Below, piece after piece: positions 31,930 through 42,363 of a DNA stretch of 64,000 nt. Origin of the DNA: Thermoprotei archaeon (GTDB lineage Archaea; Thermoproteota; Thermoprotei; Thermoproteales; B15-G16); the NCBI GenBank assembly GCA_003649205.1, contig QMRC01000002.1, forward strand, positions 96,001 through 160,000. The letters are read 5' to 3'. Position numbers and translations under genes: made by a program. The stretch's first letter is position 1, and every line of letters starts with the position of its first letter. Under the pieces are notes generated by a model, which saw nothing but the letters and a program-made list of their open reading frames with translations, made no database searches and was not told the DNA's origin.

Positions 31930-33064
31930 TTTCTCAGCTTCGAGCGACTGCTTTGTGTGGATGGTTGCTTTACTCTCCATATGTTGTTAACCATAGTCTT
32001 ACTGCTTCTTTGGTATGAGGTAGGTCTTACTTAATCTACCTAATTTCTTCGCAGGTACACCTCATGTTGCTACCTCTCTTTTCCTCCTTGCGAACTTTTC
32101 CTCATTATGCTGTTTTCTTGGTTTAGTTATGTTGCTATCTTGTTGCTCTCGCTGAGTTAGTTTATGTTTCTCTCGTACGTTCTTCATATTCTTTTCTTGT
32201 TGTTGGGTTTGTTTTGTTGCTGCTTGTTGGTAGTTCTTTGTTAAGTGTATGTAGGAGTGTTTGTGTTTTTGGTTGTTCTGTGTGTTGTGTGTTTGTTTGA
32301 TTGGTGGGATTTTGTTTTGAGACTTGGGGGTGATTTCTGTGCTGTTTTGGTTGTGTTGTTTCGTGTTCTTAGGAGGGGTGGTGTTGTGGTTTCTGATTTT
32401 GGTCTTGATCCTGGTGATGTAGAGCGATTGCTTGGTGTGGAGGTACGTGATAGGTGCGGGGATAAGATTTCCGTGTTTAGGTTACTTGGCTTGTGTTCTT
32501 GTCTTCGTCGTGGTGTTTTTTCCTCCAGTTCCTGATCTTGTGGTTAGGCTATCGAGTGAGAGTTATGTAGTGTTGGAGCATAAGATTGGGAGGTTGGATA
32601 AGGTGAAGGCGAAGTTTAGGCGTTTATTTGATAGTGGTGTGCTGAATCCTGCTGAGACTTTAGCTATTGCTAAGGTGGATACCCTAGTTGTTGGTTCTGG
32701 GGCTAGGTTTTTGTACATGGTGATACCATTTATCAGAAGGGTAATGTTGAGTTTAGGGCTGTGAGGATTAAGCTTTGGGATGTAGGGTTTGTGAGGTGTT
32801 GATTGGTGGGTTGAAGTCAATACTTCGAGTTAATTGTGATCTTGCTGTGGCTGTTGTGTTTTGTTATGTTTGAGGGTGGCTGTGTATGCATACTGTCATG
32901 ATTCTAGCCTAGGTGTATTGTGAGGTAGGGATAAGCTCCTTGTCTTGGATTTATCGTGAATTTGTCAAAGGTGTTTAGGTGTTTTTCTAAGTGGATTCTT
33001 CATATTTAGCTGCTGTTGTTTGATCTCTATTGTCTGGTTATTGCTTGTTGTTTTTATCTCTATG

Positions 33065-34957
33065 CTATATTGGTAGTTCGCTGATTTTTCTCGTTAGTAG
33101 TTCGTTTATTGTTCTTTCTGCGCATTTCTCAAGGTTTTCCCTTAATTTGCTTGGTATTTGTCCTGGTACTTCTGGCGTGTATGTTGTTCTTACTATGATG
33201 AACATGAATGGTGTGTGGGCGTGTTTGTTGAGTATGGTGATGATGTTTTCTATTTTTGCTGTTTTGTTTCCTATTACTTCATCTAGTTTTCTGAAGGCGT
33301 AGTAGTTGATTAGTAAGTAAATGTCTACTTGTCCTAAATCTCTTCTTAGTTCGGGTCCGAGGTCTTCATTTATTGTGTATTCTATGCTTGGTATGTGGTA
33401 AGTCAATATAGGGTCCATGAGTGCTCTATCTATTAGTAGGTGGCGAATCGCTGTTCCGATGTCTGTTTCCATGCCACTTGTCTTGCCTGTTCTTGCTATT
33501 CGTTGAATTATTTCTGCTAGGTGACTATAGTCCAGGGTTATTAGGTAGAAAGAGAAGTTTCCTACTTTCACCAATGGTCTTTTGAGTACTTTTACGTTGA
33601 AGTTAAATGTCTTCACGTATAGGGAGTCGAACTTTGGGTCTAGTATTGTCTGTGTGAGTACTGTTATGTTCTCTACTAATTGTGTGAGGTCTGCTCCGCG
33701 GTGTATGAAGCTTAGCATTATGTCATCTATGTTGTATAGCGCCTTTATGTTGATTACTTTGCAGTACCTTAGTATTCTGGATGTGAGGTCAAGGAGTACT
33801 TGGTCGGGTTCTAGGAGATATGCTATCAGTGCTCTGGTTAGGGTCTCTAGTCCTGCTACTGCATGACCAATGTATGAGAGTACCCTCATACAGGTGTATA
33901 CTAATCTTGTGTAGAGGCTATCTAGTAGACTTCGTGTGAAACTTTCATAGATCTTCTCGTACAGTACTCCTCTCAGGTAACTTATTGCTTCTTCAAGTGC
34001 TGATGAGAGTTTTAAGGTAGGGGTTTCTCCTTGAAAATTGATTTCGATGTACTTTTTAGCTATCTTCTTATCTTTCTCTCCTGTTCTTGCTCCTTTCAAC
34101 AGCTCTTCTATGAATTTCCTTAGTTCCTTAAGTTTGCTCTCGAATGTTTGGTAGTGTTGTTCTTCAAGAAGGTATTTGTGTGCTTCTGTGTGGTGTGTGT
34201 CTCTGAGGATCCAGTCTAGTCTGTCAGAGTTTATTCCGCCTATTCCTTTGATTGAGCCTAATATCATTTGCATGACTCTGTACTTTAGCTTTAACTCTTT
34301 ACTAGTGAGTTCACTGAATATTGGATCCCATTCTTCAACCACCACTTGAGCTATGATTTTTTGTACTAAATTCCTCTCGTACTTAATTCTGCTCTTCCCT
34401 ATGAACTCAGTAATTGCTCTCTTAAGCTGTTCATTTTCGAGGAGCAGGTATGTCGTTATTGCTAGATCGAGTTTTTTAGGTTCGAAAAGATACATCTCAT
34501 ACACTTCGGACATGTGGGATACTAGTCGTCCAGTTACTCCATCAAGTGCATGTCCAAGACCACTATGCCCAAGGTCGTGTAGGAGGGCGCTTGCTTTGAG
34601 TATTAAAACGTCCTCTTCACTTAGTATTTCGCTTATTTTACTATATGTACGTCGTAGTAATTGAGCTATTGCTGATGCTATTTCCATGACTCCTATACTG
34701 TGTTCGAATCTACTGTGATTTGCACCTGGTATGAATAGGTACGTATGCGCTAGCTGCCTTATCTGCATTAATCTTTGTACTAGCGGTATCTTTATCAGTG
34801 ATGTAAGTCCATCATCTATGATCACATTGCCTACTATTGGTATTCTGTATGTAAAGCTCTCTGTTTGTTCTTCCACATTAACTAACTTTGAGTACCTAAT
34901 TTCGTACTCCCGTACTAGAAACCAAAATAGATCTTCTAAGGGCGTTATACTGAGCAT
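33065..34957 (-). CDS. HD-domain phosphohydrolase (SAMHD1/COG1078-like) with extended C-terminus
   Basis: VQRLMQIRQL, PGANHSRFEHSIG, LLHDLGH, INSDRLDWILRD. Confidence 0.88.
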   Translation of the reverse strand: MLSITPLEDLFWFLVREYEIRYSKLVNVEEQTESFTYRIPIVGNVIIDDGLTSLIKIPLVQRLMQIRQLAHTYLFIPGANHSRFEHSIGVMEIASAIAQLLRRTYSKISEILSEEDVLILKASALLHDLGHSGLGHALDGVTGRLVSHMSEVYEMYLFEPKKLDLAITTYLLLENEQLKRAITEFIGKSRIKYERNLVQKIIAQVVVEEWDPIFSELTSKELKLKYRVMQMILGSIKGIGGINSDRLDWILRDTHHTEAHKYLLEEQHYQTFESKLKELRKFIEELLKGARTGEKDKKIAKKYIEINFQGETPTLKLSSALEEAISYLRGVLYEKIYESFTRSLLDSLYTRLVYTCMRVLSYIGHAVAGLETLTRALIAYLLEPDQVLLDLTSRILRYCKVINIKALYNIDDIMLSFIHRGADLTQLVENITVLTQTILDPKFDSLYVKTFNFNVKVLKRPLVKVGNFSFYLITLDYSHLAEIIQRIARTGKTSGMETDIGTAIRHLLIDRALMDPILTYHIPSIEYTINEDLGPELRRDLGQVDIYLLINYYAFRKLDEVIGNKTAKIENIITILNKHAHTPFMFIIVRTTYTPEVPGQIPSKLRENLEKCAERTINELLTRKISELPI

Positions 34958-34969
34958 GCTAGTTCAACT

Positions 34970-35404
34970 CTACTTCACTGTGGCTTCTACTGCCCTATCG
35001 ATTCTCCTAACATATTCGTCATAAAGTTTAACCTCGTGCCTAAAAGGAGAACCACTTATGAGTTTTGCAATACGTTCAAGTGCTCTCCTGTCTCTTATCT
35101 TAACTACATTCCTCTTTTCATCATACTCTATTATTCCACACTCTGATAACGCCTTTAAGGCTGCTTTAAATTCCTCTTCGGAGTCAAAGAGAGCTAATCT
35201 CTGTTCTCTCGGTAATTCCTCAAATACAATACGCTGGAGTTCACCGTACAAAATCTCTGTTACCTCTCTCTCACTACCCTCTCTTTCCTGTATCTTCCTT
35301 TCCATCTCAATCAAGAACTTACTTATTATGTAAGCAACGAAACCAAGCATTTTCTCCCCAGATAAACTGATAGCAGCTTTTCTCTTAACCTTACCTACGA
35401 CCAA
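34970..35404 (-). CDS. Small winged-helix-like protein, first gene of an operon with the HD hydrolase
   Basis: EEFKAALKALSECGIIEYDEKRNVVKI wing motif. Stop lies 12 nt from the HD start. Confidence 0.6.
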   Translation of the reverse strand: MVVGKVKRKAAISLSGEKMLGFVAYIISKFLIEMERKIQEREGSEREVTEILYGELQRIVFEELPREQRLALFDSEEEFKAALKALSECGIIEYDEKRNVVKIRDRRALERIAKLISGSPFRHEVKLYDEYVRRIDRAVEATVK

Positions 35405-35625
35405 TTTATCTGCAATATCGTTTAACTTTGAAGTGTGCCGATGTATTAACTGCGACTAGCTGCTTTTAAACCTTGCAACTCCTTTCATGATGAAAGTAGA
35501 TTCACTGCTATTTCGTTGAGCCTTATTGCTCTGTGCTGGTCCTGTGCATCCATACTCACATTGTACGTGCTGAGGATAATTAACCTATGAACTGTGTTGG
35601 TAGTTAGTGAGATATGATCGATAAG

Positions 35626-36034
35626 CTAGAGTACCTTTGCTGCTCTCTTTATCCTCTCTAGGTACTCTCTCAGTAATGGCATTTTTCGATCAATGGATCG
35701 TTCTCTAGGTCCTTTGCTATTTGCTCTAGGGTCTTTAGATAATCTTCATTAATTTCAATGACCTTTTCGTTTTCATTGTACTTCACTATACCAAGCTTGC
35801 TAAGGTACTTCAGATCTCTTTCTAGATTTTCGTCAGATTCGTGGAATACTACTCCTTGTTCTCCCCATACTCTGTTGAAGACGAATTCTGTGAATTCATT
35901 GAATTTGAGTTTTGTTTCCTTGGTTATGCCTTTTCTCTTTAGTAGAGAGTAGAGCATGTAGCATGTGTAGAGTCGTATTTTTTGACCCTTGTGTTGATTT
36001 CAAGTACTTTCTCTGTCCTCTTTGTTTTTCTCAT
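35626..36034 (-). pseudogene. Frameshifted paralog of the 34970-35404 winged-helix protein
   Basis: LERDLKYLSKLGIVKYNENEKVIEI. The tail MPLLREYLERIKRA is out of frame at the T5 tract (35682-35686), and the N-terminus is out of frame near the T6 tract (35978-35983). Confidence 0.6.
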
Positions 36035-36530
36035 GCTTGGGTATGGTGTTTGGTGGGTGCCTGTGTTATGGTCTTAAATTTGTTTTTGGTTGTGTAGTTT
36101 ATGGAGTATGAAGGTGATTAGTCTATCTGGAGTTGCTAGGTTTCTTGTCATGTGTTTTTGGTTCTAGTATTTTGTCGATTTGTTTATGTGGGTTTTGGTG
36201 GTTTGTTTTTGCTTTTTCTTTCTTGGTTTGTATGTGAACATTTGTTTTAGAGTATTTGTTATCGGTGTGTAGGTCTGGGTTCATGCCTTTGTACTTGGGT
36301 ACTACGTTGCTGCTGAGTACCTTCTCGTATGTAACTTGTGTTGGTTTAGTTGCTCTAGGTCTTCACATATCTTTCTTGAGGAGAGTTCATAGGTTCGTTT
36401 TAGGACTTGTTCTCTGTATTCTCTTGTTTTGGCTATGTGTTCAGTTTCTATGTTGTGATATTCGGTTAGGAAGAGCTGTGTTGTGTGGATTTTGAGAGTA
36501 ACTTTTTTAGAATGAGGGTAGGGCCTGAGT

Positions 36531-36767
36531 TTGGGATTTGAGATCGTGATTTCTGCTGAGGAGGCTATTGCGAAGGCTAGGCAGGTACTTAACAACATGG
36601 GTTTATCACTGCACTTCCTGTTTGAGGTTATACCGGGGAGAGAAGAGCTTCATGATGTGTGGTATGTACGTGCGCATACGGCGGTTGGCGCTTTGGAGGT
36701 GGTTATTGATCGTAGTAAAGGTGAGGTTCTTGCTGTGAGGAGGCTTGTTAAGAAGGTTGAAGCATGA
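36531..36767 (+). CDS. PepSY-like small protein
   Basis: ISAEEAIAKA..VWYV..EVVIDRSKGEVL. Confidence 0.6.
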   Translation: MGFEIVISAEEAIAKARQVLNNMGLSLHFLFEVIPGREELHDVWYVRAHTAVGALEVVIDRSKGEVLAVRRLVKKVEA

Positions 36768-37162
36768 GCTTTAGGAATTTGTTGGAGTATGTGAGGTATC
36801 TTGAACTTGCGAGACAGTTACTGGATAACCTTGAGGAGCTTGAGAGGAGGGGTGATTTTAGGAAGGCTAGTGAGGTGTTGTGGGGTGCTGTAGTCAATTA
36901 CACGAAAGCGTTATTGGCTTTAGTGTGTGAGAAGCCGGAGATTGTGAGGTCTATGAGACATAGAGACCTTAGAAGGGAGATGAAGTATATTGTGATGTCT
37001 GTAGGTGAAGATCCACACCTTGTAACTGAAATTGAGGCTCTTCACGCTAACTTCTATGAAGACTTCATGGATCCTGACGATTATCTGATGTATAAAAGGA
37101 AGGTTTTGAAGTATCTAAACATAGTTATGAGGAGAATTGAGCAAGTGTTTGAGCAATTTTAG
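36764..37162 (+). CDS. PaREP1/HEPN family protein
   Basis: GDFRKASEVLWGA and ALHANFYE. ATGA overlap with the upstream gene. Confidence 0.85.
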   Translation: MSFRNLLEYVRYLELARQLLDNLEELERRGDFRKASEVLWGAVVNYTKALLALVCEKPEIVRSMRHRDLRREMKYIVMSVGEDPHLVTEIEALHANFYEDFMDPDDYLMYKRKVLKYLNIVMRRIEQVFEQF

Positions 37163-37865
37163 GTATCTAGTCTCTAGACTTTAAGGAGTTTAGTAATCCC
37201 TTAGCTTTAGGTTAGTGGTTGTTTAGAGTTTGTGGAGAGTCATTGGATTTGGGTATGGGGAACTATGCTATCTGTGTCCTTAATGCTTCAGTGGGGGGTC
37301 GTATCAAGCTTCATGGACTTCACTTGGTACCTATTACATTTTACATTTATTTAGCGAGTTGGTTCAGGAGTAAGATTGGGGTTTGGTAGTTAACGCCATA
37401 GCTCTCTATATTTCCGTTGGTTGTACCTGAGGTGTTTGAGGTTTGGGCTTTGTTGGATGAGTTGCGTAGGAGTGGTGGGTATAGGGGTTGTTTTGTTGTG
37501 GTTGATGTGTGTGAGGTGAGGGTTGTTATTGAGTATATTCTGGAGAGGTTTGTGGAGTTAGTTGTTTAGTGTAATGGTTTTTATTCCTAGGGGTCTGTGT
37601 TAGGGTGCTTGGGGGAGGTGAGGGGACGTAGTTTTGGTCTGGCTGGGATTGAGTTGATGTTTAAGGTGGTGTCATTGGTTTTGGCTACAGCGGCTTGACT
37701 AAGATCTTTAGTCGTTTACCTGAATCTATTTCTGGTCGTTGCTGTGACTATGGTGTTGTTACTACCTTGTACGGGTTTCACGGGGATAGGCTCTACTTTC
37801 CATTTCTTTCTACTTTCTGGGAATTAAGTAAAGGAAGTAGTGTGAAGGGGAGGGGTGTAGGAGCG

Positions 37866-38279
37866 TTATTCACGGAATGAGGGTACTCTAGTAAGTATGT
37901 CGTCGAGTGCTATTAATTCCTGGTCGAAGTCACTGGTAGATAGGGTTTCCTTTTCCTTAATCTTTCTAGCTATTTCCTCAATTATTTTGTAGAGTGTGTC
38001 TAGAACTTCTTTTACCATCTTTTCGACAGCTTCTGTCAGTTCTCTTGGACCTCCCATTAGCTGGTATCTGTATGAGAGGAGGGGTCTTAGTCTAGAGGGG
38101 AGTGCCATGAGTTGATTGTCTATTATTTTTAGTGCAGGTATGTTCTTCACCATGCCAACTGTCGTAATGATTGCTGCTATATTGTACATGTAATCAAGTT
38201 CGAGTGCAGGAGAGTACTTGACCCTTTCTAGCTGTGTTTTAATTGCTTCAGCTATTTCTTCTCCTGCTAGATTAACCAT
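37866..38279 (-). CDS. Hypothetical helical protein
   Basis: 137-aa ORF with ATG start preceded by an SD-like GAGATGAG. Confidence 0.65.
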   Translation of the reverse strand: MVNLAGEEIAEAIKTQLERVKYSPALELDYMYNIAAIITTVGMVKNIPALKIIDNQLMALPSRLRPLLSYRYQLMGGPRELTEAVEKMVKEVLDTLYKIIEEIARKIKEKETLSTSDFDQELIALDDILTRVPSFRE

Positions 38280-38345
38280 GGGCTCATCTCAGGTGTTGAT
38301 GGTTTTATACGTCTTACTAGCATAGCTGCATATATGTTTAGTAGT

Positions 38346-38564
38346 CTATCTCGTGCTTTTTTTGACTTTCTTTAAAGCTTCTTCGAGTTTCTTTCTCTCT
38401 TCTTCGCTAGTTGTTTTAGATAGAGCTTCTTCAATCATTCTCTCAGTGCTCATTATGTTAACTGCGAGCTTTAGGAGGTCCTCTATACGGGGGGTTGGAG
38501 AGACTGCGATTCTGTTAGTAGCTAATTCTATGTGTTTAGCCATTTCTTCGAAATTAGCTTTCAT
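38346..38564 (-). CDS. Small coiled-coil hypothetical protein
   Basis: MKANFEEMAKH, ATGA overlap with the upstream gene. Confidence 0.6.
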   Translation of the reverse strand: MKANFEEMAKHIELATNRIAVSPTPRIEDLLKLAVNIMSTERMIEEALSKTTSEEERKKLEEALKKVKKSTR

Positions 38565-38770
38565 GTTTCTACACCTCTTATTGTTTGTGATTTGATCCAT
38601 TTCCTAATTGCTTCTACGGGATCTGCAGTATTGTGTAGTAGTGCATCTATTACATCAGAGTACGTCACTTTCTCTCCATATTTGCTAACGTACTTTCCTA
38701 CGATTTCTACTAGCTTTCTATGTACATCTTTCCTAATTTTTATCGTTACACCTTCTCTAACCTTATCCAT
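38561..38770 (-). CDS. Ribbon-helix-helix-like DNA-binding protein
   Basis: VTIKIRKDVHRKL..VTYSDVIDALL. Confidence 0.65.
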   Translation of the reverse strand: MDKVREGVTIKIRKDVHRKLVEIVGKYVSKYGEKVTYSDVIDALLHNTADPVEAIRKWIKSQTIRGVET

Positions 38771-38779
38771 ATCTTCACC

Positions 38780-38810
38780 GTTACTAACGTTAGTAACATC
38801 TCTTTAAATT
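38780..38810 (-). promoter_or_regulatory. TATA box plus perfect 18-bp palindromic operator
   Basis: GTTACTAACGTTAGTAAC (38780-38797) lies between TTTAAA (38803-38808) and the RHH start at 38770. Confidence 0.7.
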
Positions 38811-39094
38811 ACTTCCCCTATGTAAGCTTTGTGTTTTCTTGAGTTAGGTGTTTCTTCTGTTTTGTGGTTTGGGGGTTTGTACGTTATTGGTATGTAGGTT
38901 GTGTGGGTTGGTGTGGTGTTTCTAGTTGGAGGTGGTATCGCTAATGATCTTGATAGTGAGGTTGATCTTGAGTGCTCTGATCATGTAGGTTTCTGGTCCT
39001 GCTGCGTAAGTTGTTTGGGGTGGGTTTGTGGGAGTGTGCTGGGTTTGGTTTTGCTGCCTAGGATTGATTTAATTTATCGTGAGGTTTCCTTCTC

Positions 39095-39514
39095 GTGATG
39101 TTGTTAGGCGCTTCTTCTATGTGCTTGCTCAGCTCAATTACGGTGGTATGTGGTATTTTCTCGAATAGTGGTTCTTCTGTGTCTATTTTAACTGATAGAG
39201 ATGCTCTCAGGGTCTTTGGGGGTGTTGGTAGGGTGCTTGAGCTAGCTAAACGTAGTCTTGTTGGTATTGGTGGGTATGCTAATACTTATGTTGTTGGGGA
39301 TGTTGTTTTGAAGTTAGTTGATGTTTTTGATCATAGGGTTTCTGTAACGTTTAGGTTGTCGAGGTTGTACGTTGTTACGCATTTGAGGAGATTTCGGGGG
39401 CGGGAGTTTAGGGATGCTGTATTTCAGGTACCTAGTTTGCTTGGAAGTGATGTGCTTCAGTGTGCACATGTTGATTTGGATTACGTGGTGATGAGATTTT
39501 GGAGTTTGACGTGA
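39095..39514 (+). pseudogene. Degraded retropepsin-like protein
   Basis: SNSGSSVSIL (from DTGS), GIGG and PSLLGSDVL (from LLGxD). Confidence 0.5.
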
Positions 39515-39596
39515 TAGCTATGTGGTGTAGATGCTGGGGTTTTCTGCAAAACAATATTATGTTGTGTACTGGGAATTTAGGTGGTGGGTGCTTGTT

Positions 39597-40835
39597 GTGA
39601 TTCGGTTTTTGAGACTCATTAACTTTAGGTTATTTGAGTATCTTGAATTGCCTCTCAATCAGGTGACAATACTTGTTGGTAGAAATAATACGGGGAAGAG
39701 TACTGTGGTAGAGGCTCTTGCTATTGTACTGTCTTTGCCGAGGAGATTTCATGATGTGTTGGGTTTAGATATTGTTGAGGTCATGGAGAGGTACAGAGGT
39801 GGATGTAAGTACCTTGTTAGGACTGGTGCGCCTTATTCAGAGGTAGAGCTTAGGCTAGATGATGAGACTATTAGGGCGACTGTCTTGACTGGTCCGCTTC
39901 AGGATAAGGAGGGTCTGCTGAGGGAAGCTGGACATTTGTGGGAGGGTATTCTGCGGTTACTTATGGAGAGAGCTAGGACTAAGTTCAGAGAGAAGTTGAG
40001 GGATTTAGAAGCTGAGATTAGGGCACTAGAGCATAGGTACAGGATACTTGAGTCAAGAGCACTTGAGAAGAAGCTTGAGGCTTTGAGAATGCAGATGGAG
40101 GATCTTGTTAGGAGGGAGAGTGAGTTTGTTGCGCAGTATCTAAGGGAGGACTTGAAGAGGGAGGACCTTTTAGCTGCTGTGCTGCAGCGGGGGGATTCAC
40201 TTCTTTGTGCAGGTTATGTGACTTTGAGAGATAAGGAAGTTGCAGTTGAGATATTTGACAGTGAGTGCATAGTGAAGTTACCGCAGGTTCTAGTTCGAGT
40301 ACCCTGGCTTAGGAGAGACCTAAAGGGTTTGCTCACAAGACTTGAGCAGGAGGTGGAGCCTCTGCTTAGGGTAGTGGAATTTCTCAGAAAGGAGGTCCCT
40401 TACTTCTGGGACTTACGTGGTGAGAAGATTGTGTTTAGGTTTGGTGAGAGGACTGAGATAGTGCCTTTAGATGCTACTGGTGATGGGTTGAGATCTCTAA
40501 TAGAGCTTTTAGTTCCCATATCTCTTGGTGCGGAGTTAGTTCTTCTTGAGGAGCCAGAGCGCCACATGCATCCGGGGTACCTAGATATCTACTGTCGAGA
40601 GTTAGTGAAGCAGTTGAGGAAAGAGAATGCGAAAACACAGTATGTAATTACGACGCATAGTCTTGAGTTCCTTAGAGACATTCTAGATCATGCACGGGAG
40701 GAAGAGGTATTGGACAAGGTAACAGTGGTTCGCCTCCATAGACTACCTGACGGTACGGTAGATGCTGAGGTAATTCCAGGAAAGGAAGCCTACAATGAGT
40801 TGGAGGAGCTAGGAAGTGATCTGAGGGGGATCTAG
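39597..40835 (+). CDS. ABC-type (AAA_15/AAA_21) ATPase with coiled-coil insert
   Basis: LINFRLF, VGRNNTGKS, GDGLRS, LLEEPERHMHP, ITTHS. Confidence 0.9.
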   Translation: MIRFLRLINFRLFEYLELPLNQVTILVGRNNTGKSTVVEALAIVLSLPRRFHDVLGLDIVEVMERYRGGCKYLVRTGAPYSEVELRLDDETIRATVLTGPLQDKEGLLREAGHLWEGILRLLMERARTKFREKLRDLEAEIRALEHRYRILESRALEKKLEALRMQMEDLVRRESEFVAQYLREDLKREDLLAAVLQRGDSLLCAGYVTLRDKEVAVEIFDSECIVKLPQVLVRVPWLRRDLKGLLTRLEQEVEPLLRVVEFLRKEVPYFWDLRGEKIVFRFGERTEIVPLDATGDGLRSLIELLVPISLGAELVLLEEPERHMHPGYLDIYCRELVKQLRKENAKTQYVITTHSLEFLRDILDHAREEEVLDKVTVVRLHRLPDGTVDAEVIPGKEAYNELEELGSDLRGI

Positions 40836-41419
40836 CTACGGGTTCTAGACTATGCCTTTGTGAGGGTTCAGTGGATGCTGAGCTATTGTGTGAGGTGTTT
40901 AGACGAATTGTAGGACGGGAAGCACGAGTACGGAGGTTTACAGAGAAGGATTCTGTCATTCGGAGACTTGTAAGTGAGGGACTTAAGGGGCAGCAATCAA
41001 CGTGTAGTTTCATAATCGTTGAGGAGGGTAAACAGAGGTTACTCAGTAATGCTGCACTGCTTGTGTCAAAGCTTCGTAGTATCTCTAGGGATTTTAGCTT
41101 AGTACTCCTTGTGGATACTGATCATAACTATCCCGGTGATGTGGCTCAAGAACTTAGGAGGAGGATCAGCAATATCGTGAGACAGAGGTTTAGGACGGAA
41201 TTTAGGCCTCAAATTGGTGTAGTTAAGTCTACAGAGCACTACTACGTTATAACTGTTACTTATCCTCGTGGTAGAGCTATAGTAATGCACTTAGTCACGG
41301 TACCTCAATCGCTTGAGCATTGGCTTAGCATGTATGGTAATGATGTACGTAGCCTGATAGCAAAGCGAGGCACTATTCCATGGCTACAGAACCTTTGTGA
41401 AGTGCTTCAGAGGCAGTGA
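40832..41419 (+). CDS. TOPRIM-like partner protein (DUF3226/DUF4276-like)
   Basis: LCLCEGSVD in frame upstream of GTG 40871, then LLVDTD and SLEHWL. Confidence 0.6.
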   Translation, partial: LATGSRLCLCEGSVDAELLCEVFRRIVGREARVRRFTEKDSVIRRLVSEGLKGQQSTCSFIIVEEGKQRLLSNAALLVSKLRSISRDFSLVLLVDTDHNYPGDVAQELRRRISNIVRQRFRTEFRPQIGVVKSTEHYYVITVTYPRGRAIVMHLVTVPQSLEHWLSMYGNDVRSLIAKRGTIPWLQNLCEVLQRQ

Positions 41420-41835
41420 TGTGGCTTTCTGCTTTCTCTATACCATCCGCGATATTGCTTGAGATAGTTGTCACGGTGCGATACCTGGTGTTGTTTGTAG
41501 TTCTTCACCATTTCTTCATTTCTGGTGTCTGGTTTCGGTGGAAGGTAGATTTTCATGGTACGTAGTACACGTCGATCCAAGTAAAGTTAGCTAGAACAGT
41601 GAGGTGCGGGAAGTTGTACATTTATCGCAAATCTCTAGTTACCTTAAGACGTAAGCAACGTACTGAACGACTTGAGTAATGCCTTGTTCACAGCGTTATC
41701 CATAGCTAAGTGGAATCAGCAGTACTACTCAGTAGCTCCAGATCTCGACATCAAGCACCAATTGCTCACTGTGTTGAAGCAAGTCTCTTTTAAGGAAAGT
41801 GAGCTACTTCAAGATCAGTGGAGGATGGTCTTGCT

Positions 41836-41982
41836 ATGGGTGAGGAGAAGGTTCTAGAGTTCAACATTGACGAGGTTCTGAAGGGTAGGTGTATCATCAA
41901 GAGGTTCGGTAAGGAGAAGGTGGTCATCTGCAGGGAGGGTGATACGATCAAGATATACTTTGTCGAAAGAGAGGAGAGCTAA
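41836..41982 (+). CDS. 48-aa small protein (below ORF-track cutoff)
   Basis: MGEEKVLEFNIDEVLKGRCIIKRFGKEKVVICREGDTIKIYFVEREES, preceded by GGAGG. Confidence 0.5.
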   Translation: MGEEKVLEFNIDEVLKGRCIIKRFGKEKVVICREGDTIKIYFVEREES

Positions 41983-42363
41983 TTTCTGGAAAGTGAGCTA
42001 TGTTGAAGTTACTGAGTAAGCTACTCAGTGGTATACGCTTTGTGCTGGAGTACCGTAAGTATAGAGCCACCAGTGTAATTCGGATAGAGAGGTCGTGGCG
42101 CAAACCATGCGAATGGGCCATAGAGTACATCTGGGACTGGAGATAACTGAGAACCAGGAAGTTCGCTATCCATGTCGATGAGGCTGGTAACGTCAAGATC
42201 AGAGAAATTACGTAGATGTACGAAAAGGAAGTAGGTCCTCATCACTAGTGGAGCTGACTCTGCAAATTACACATTAAGTTGTGCTTTAGCGATGGGTGGT
42301 GGGGGTCACTTACCAGGAATGGGTGCTTTGTGAGGGTTGTGCTCGGGTAGGTGAGGTAGGTAC

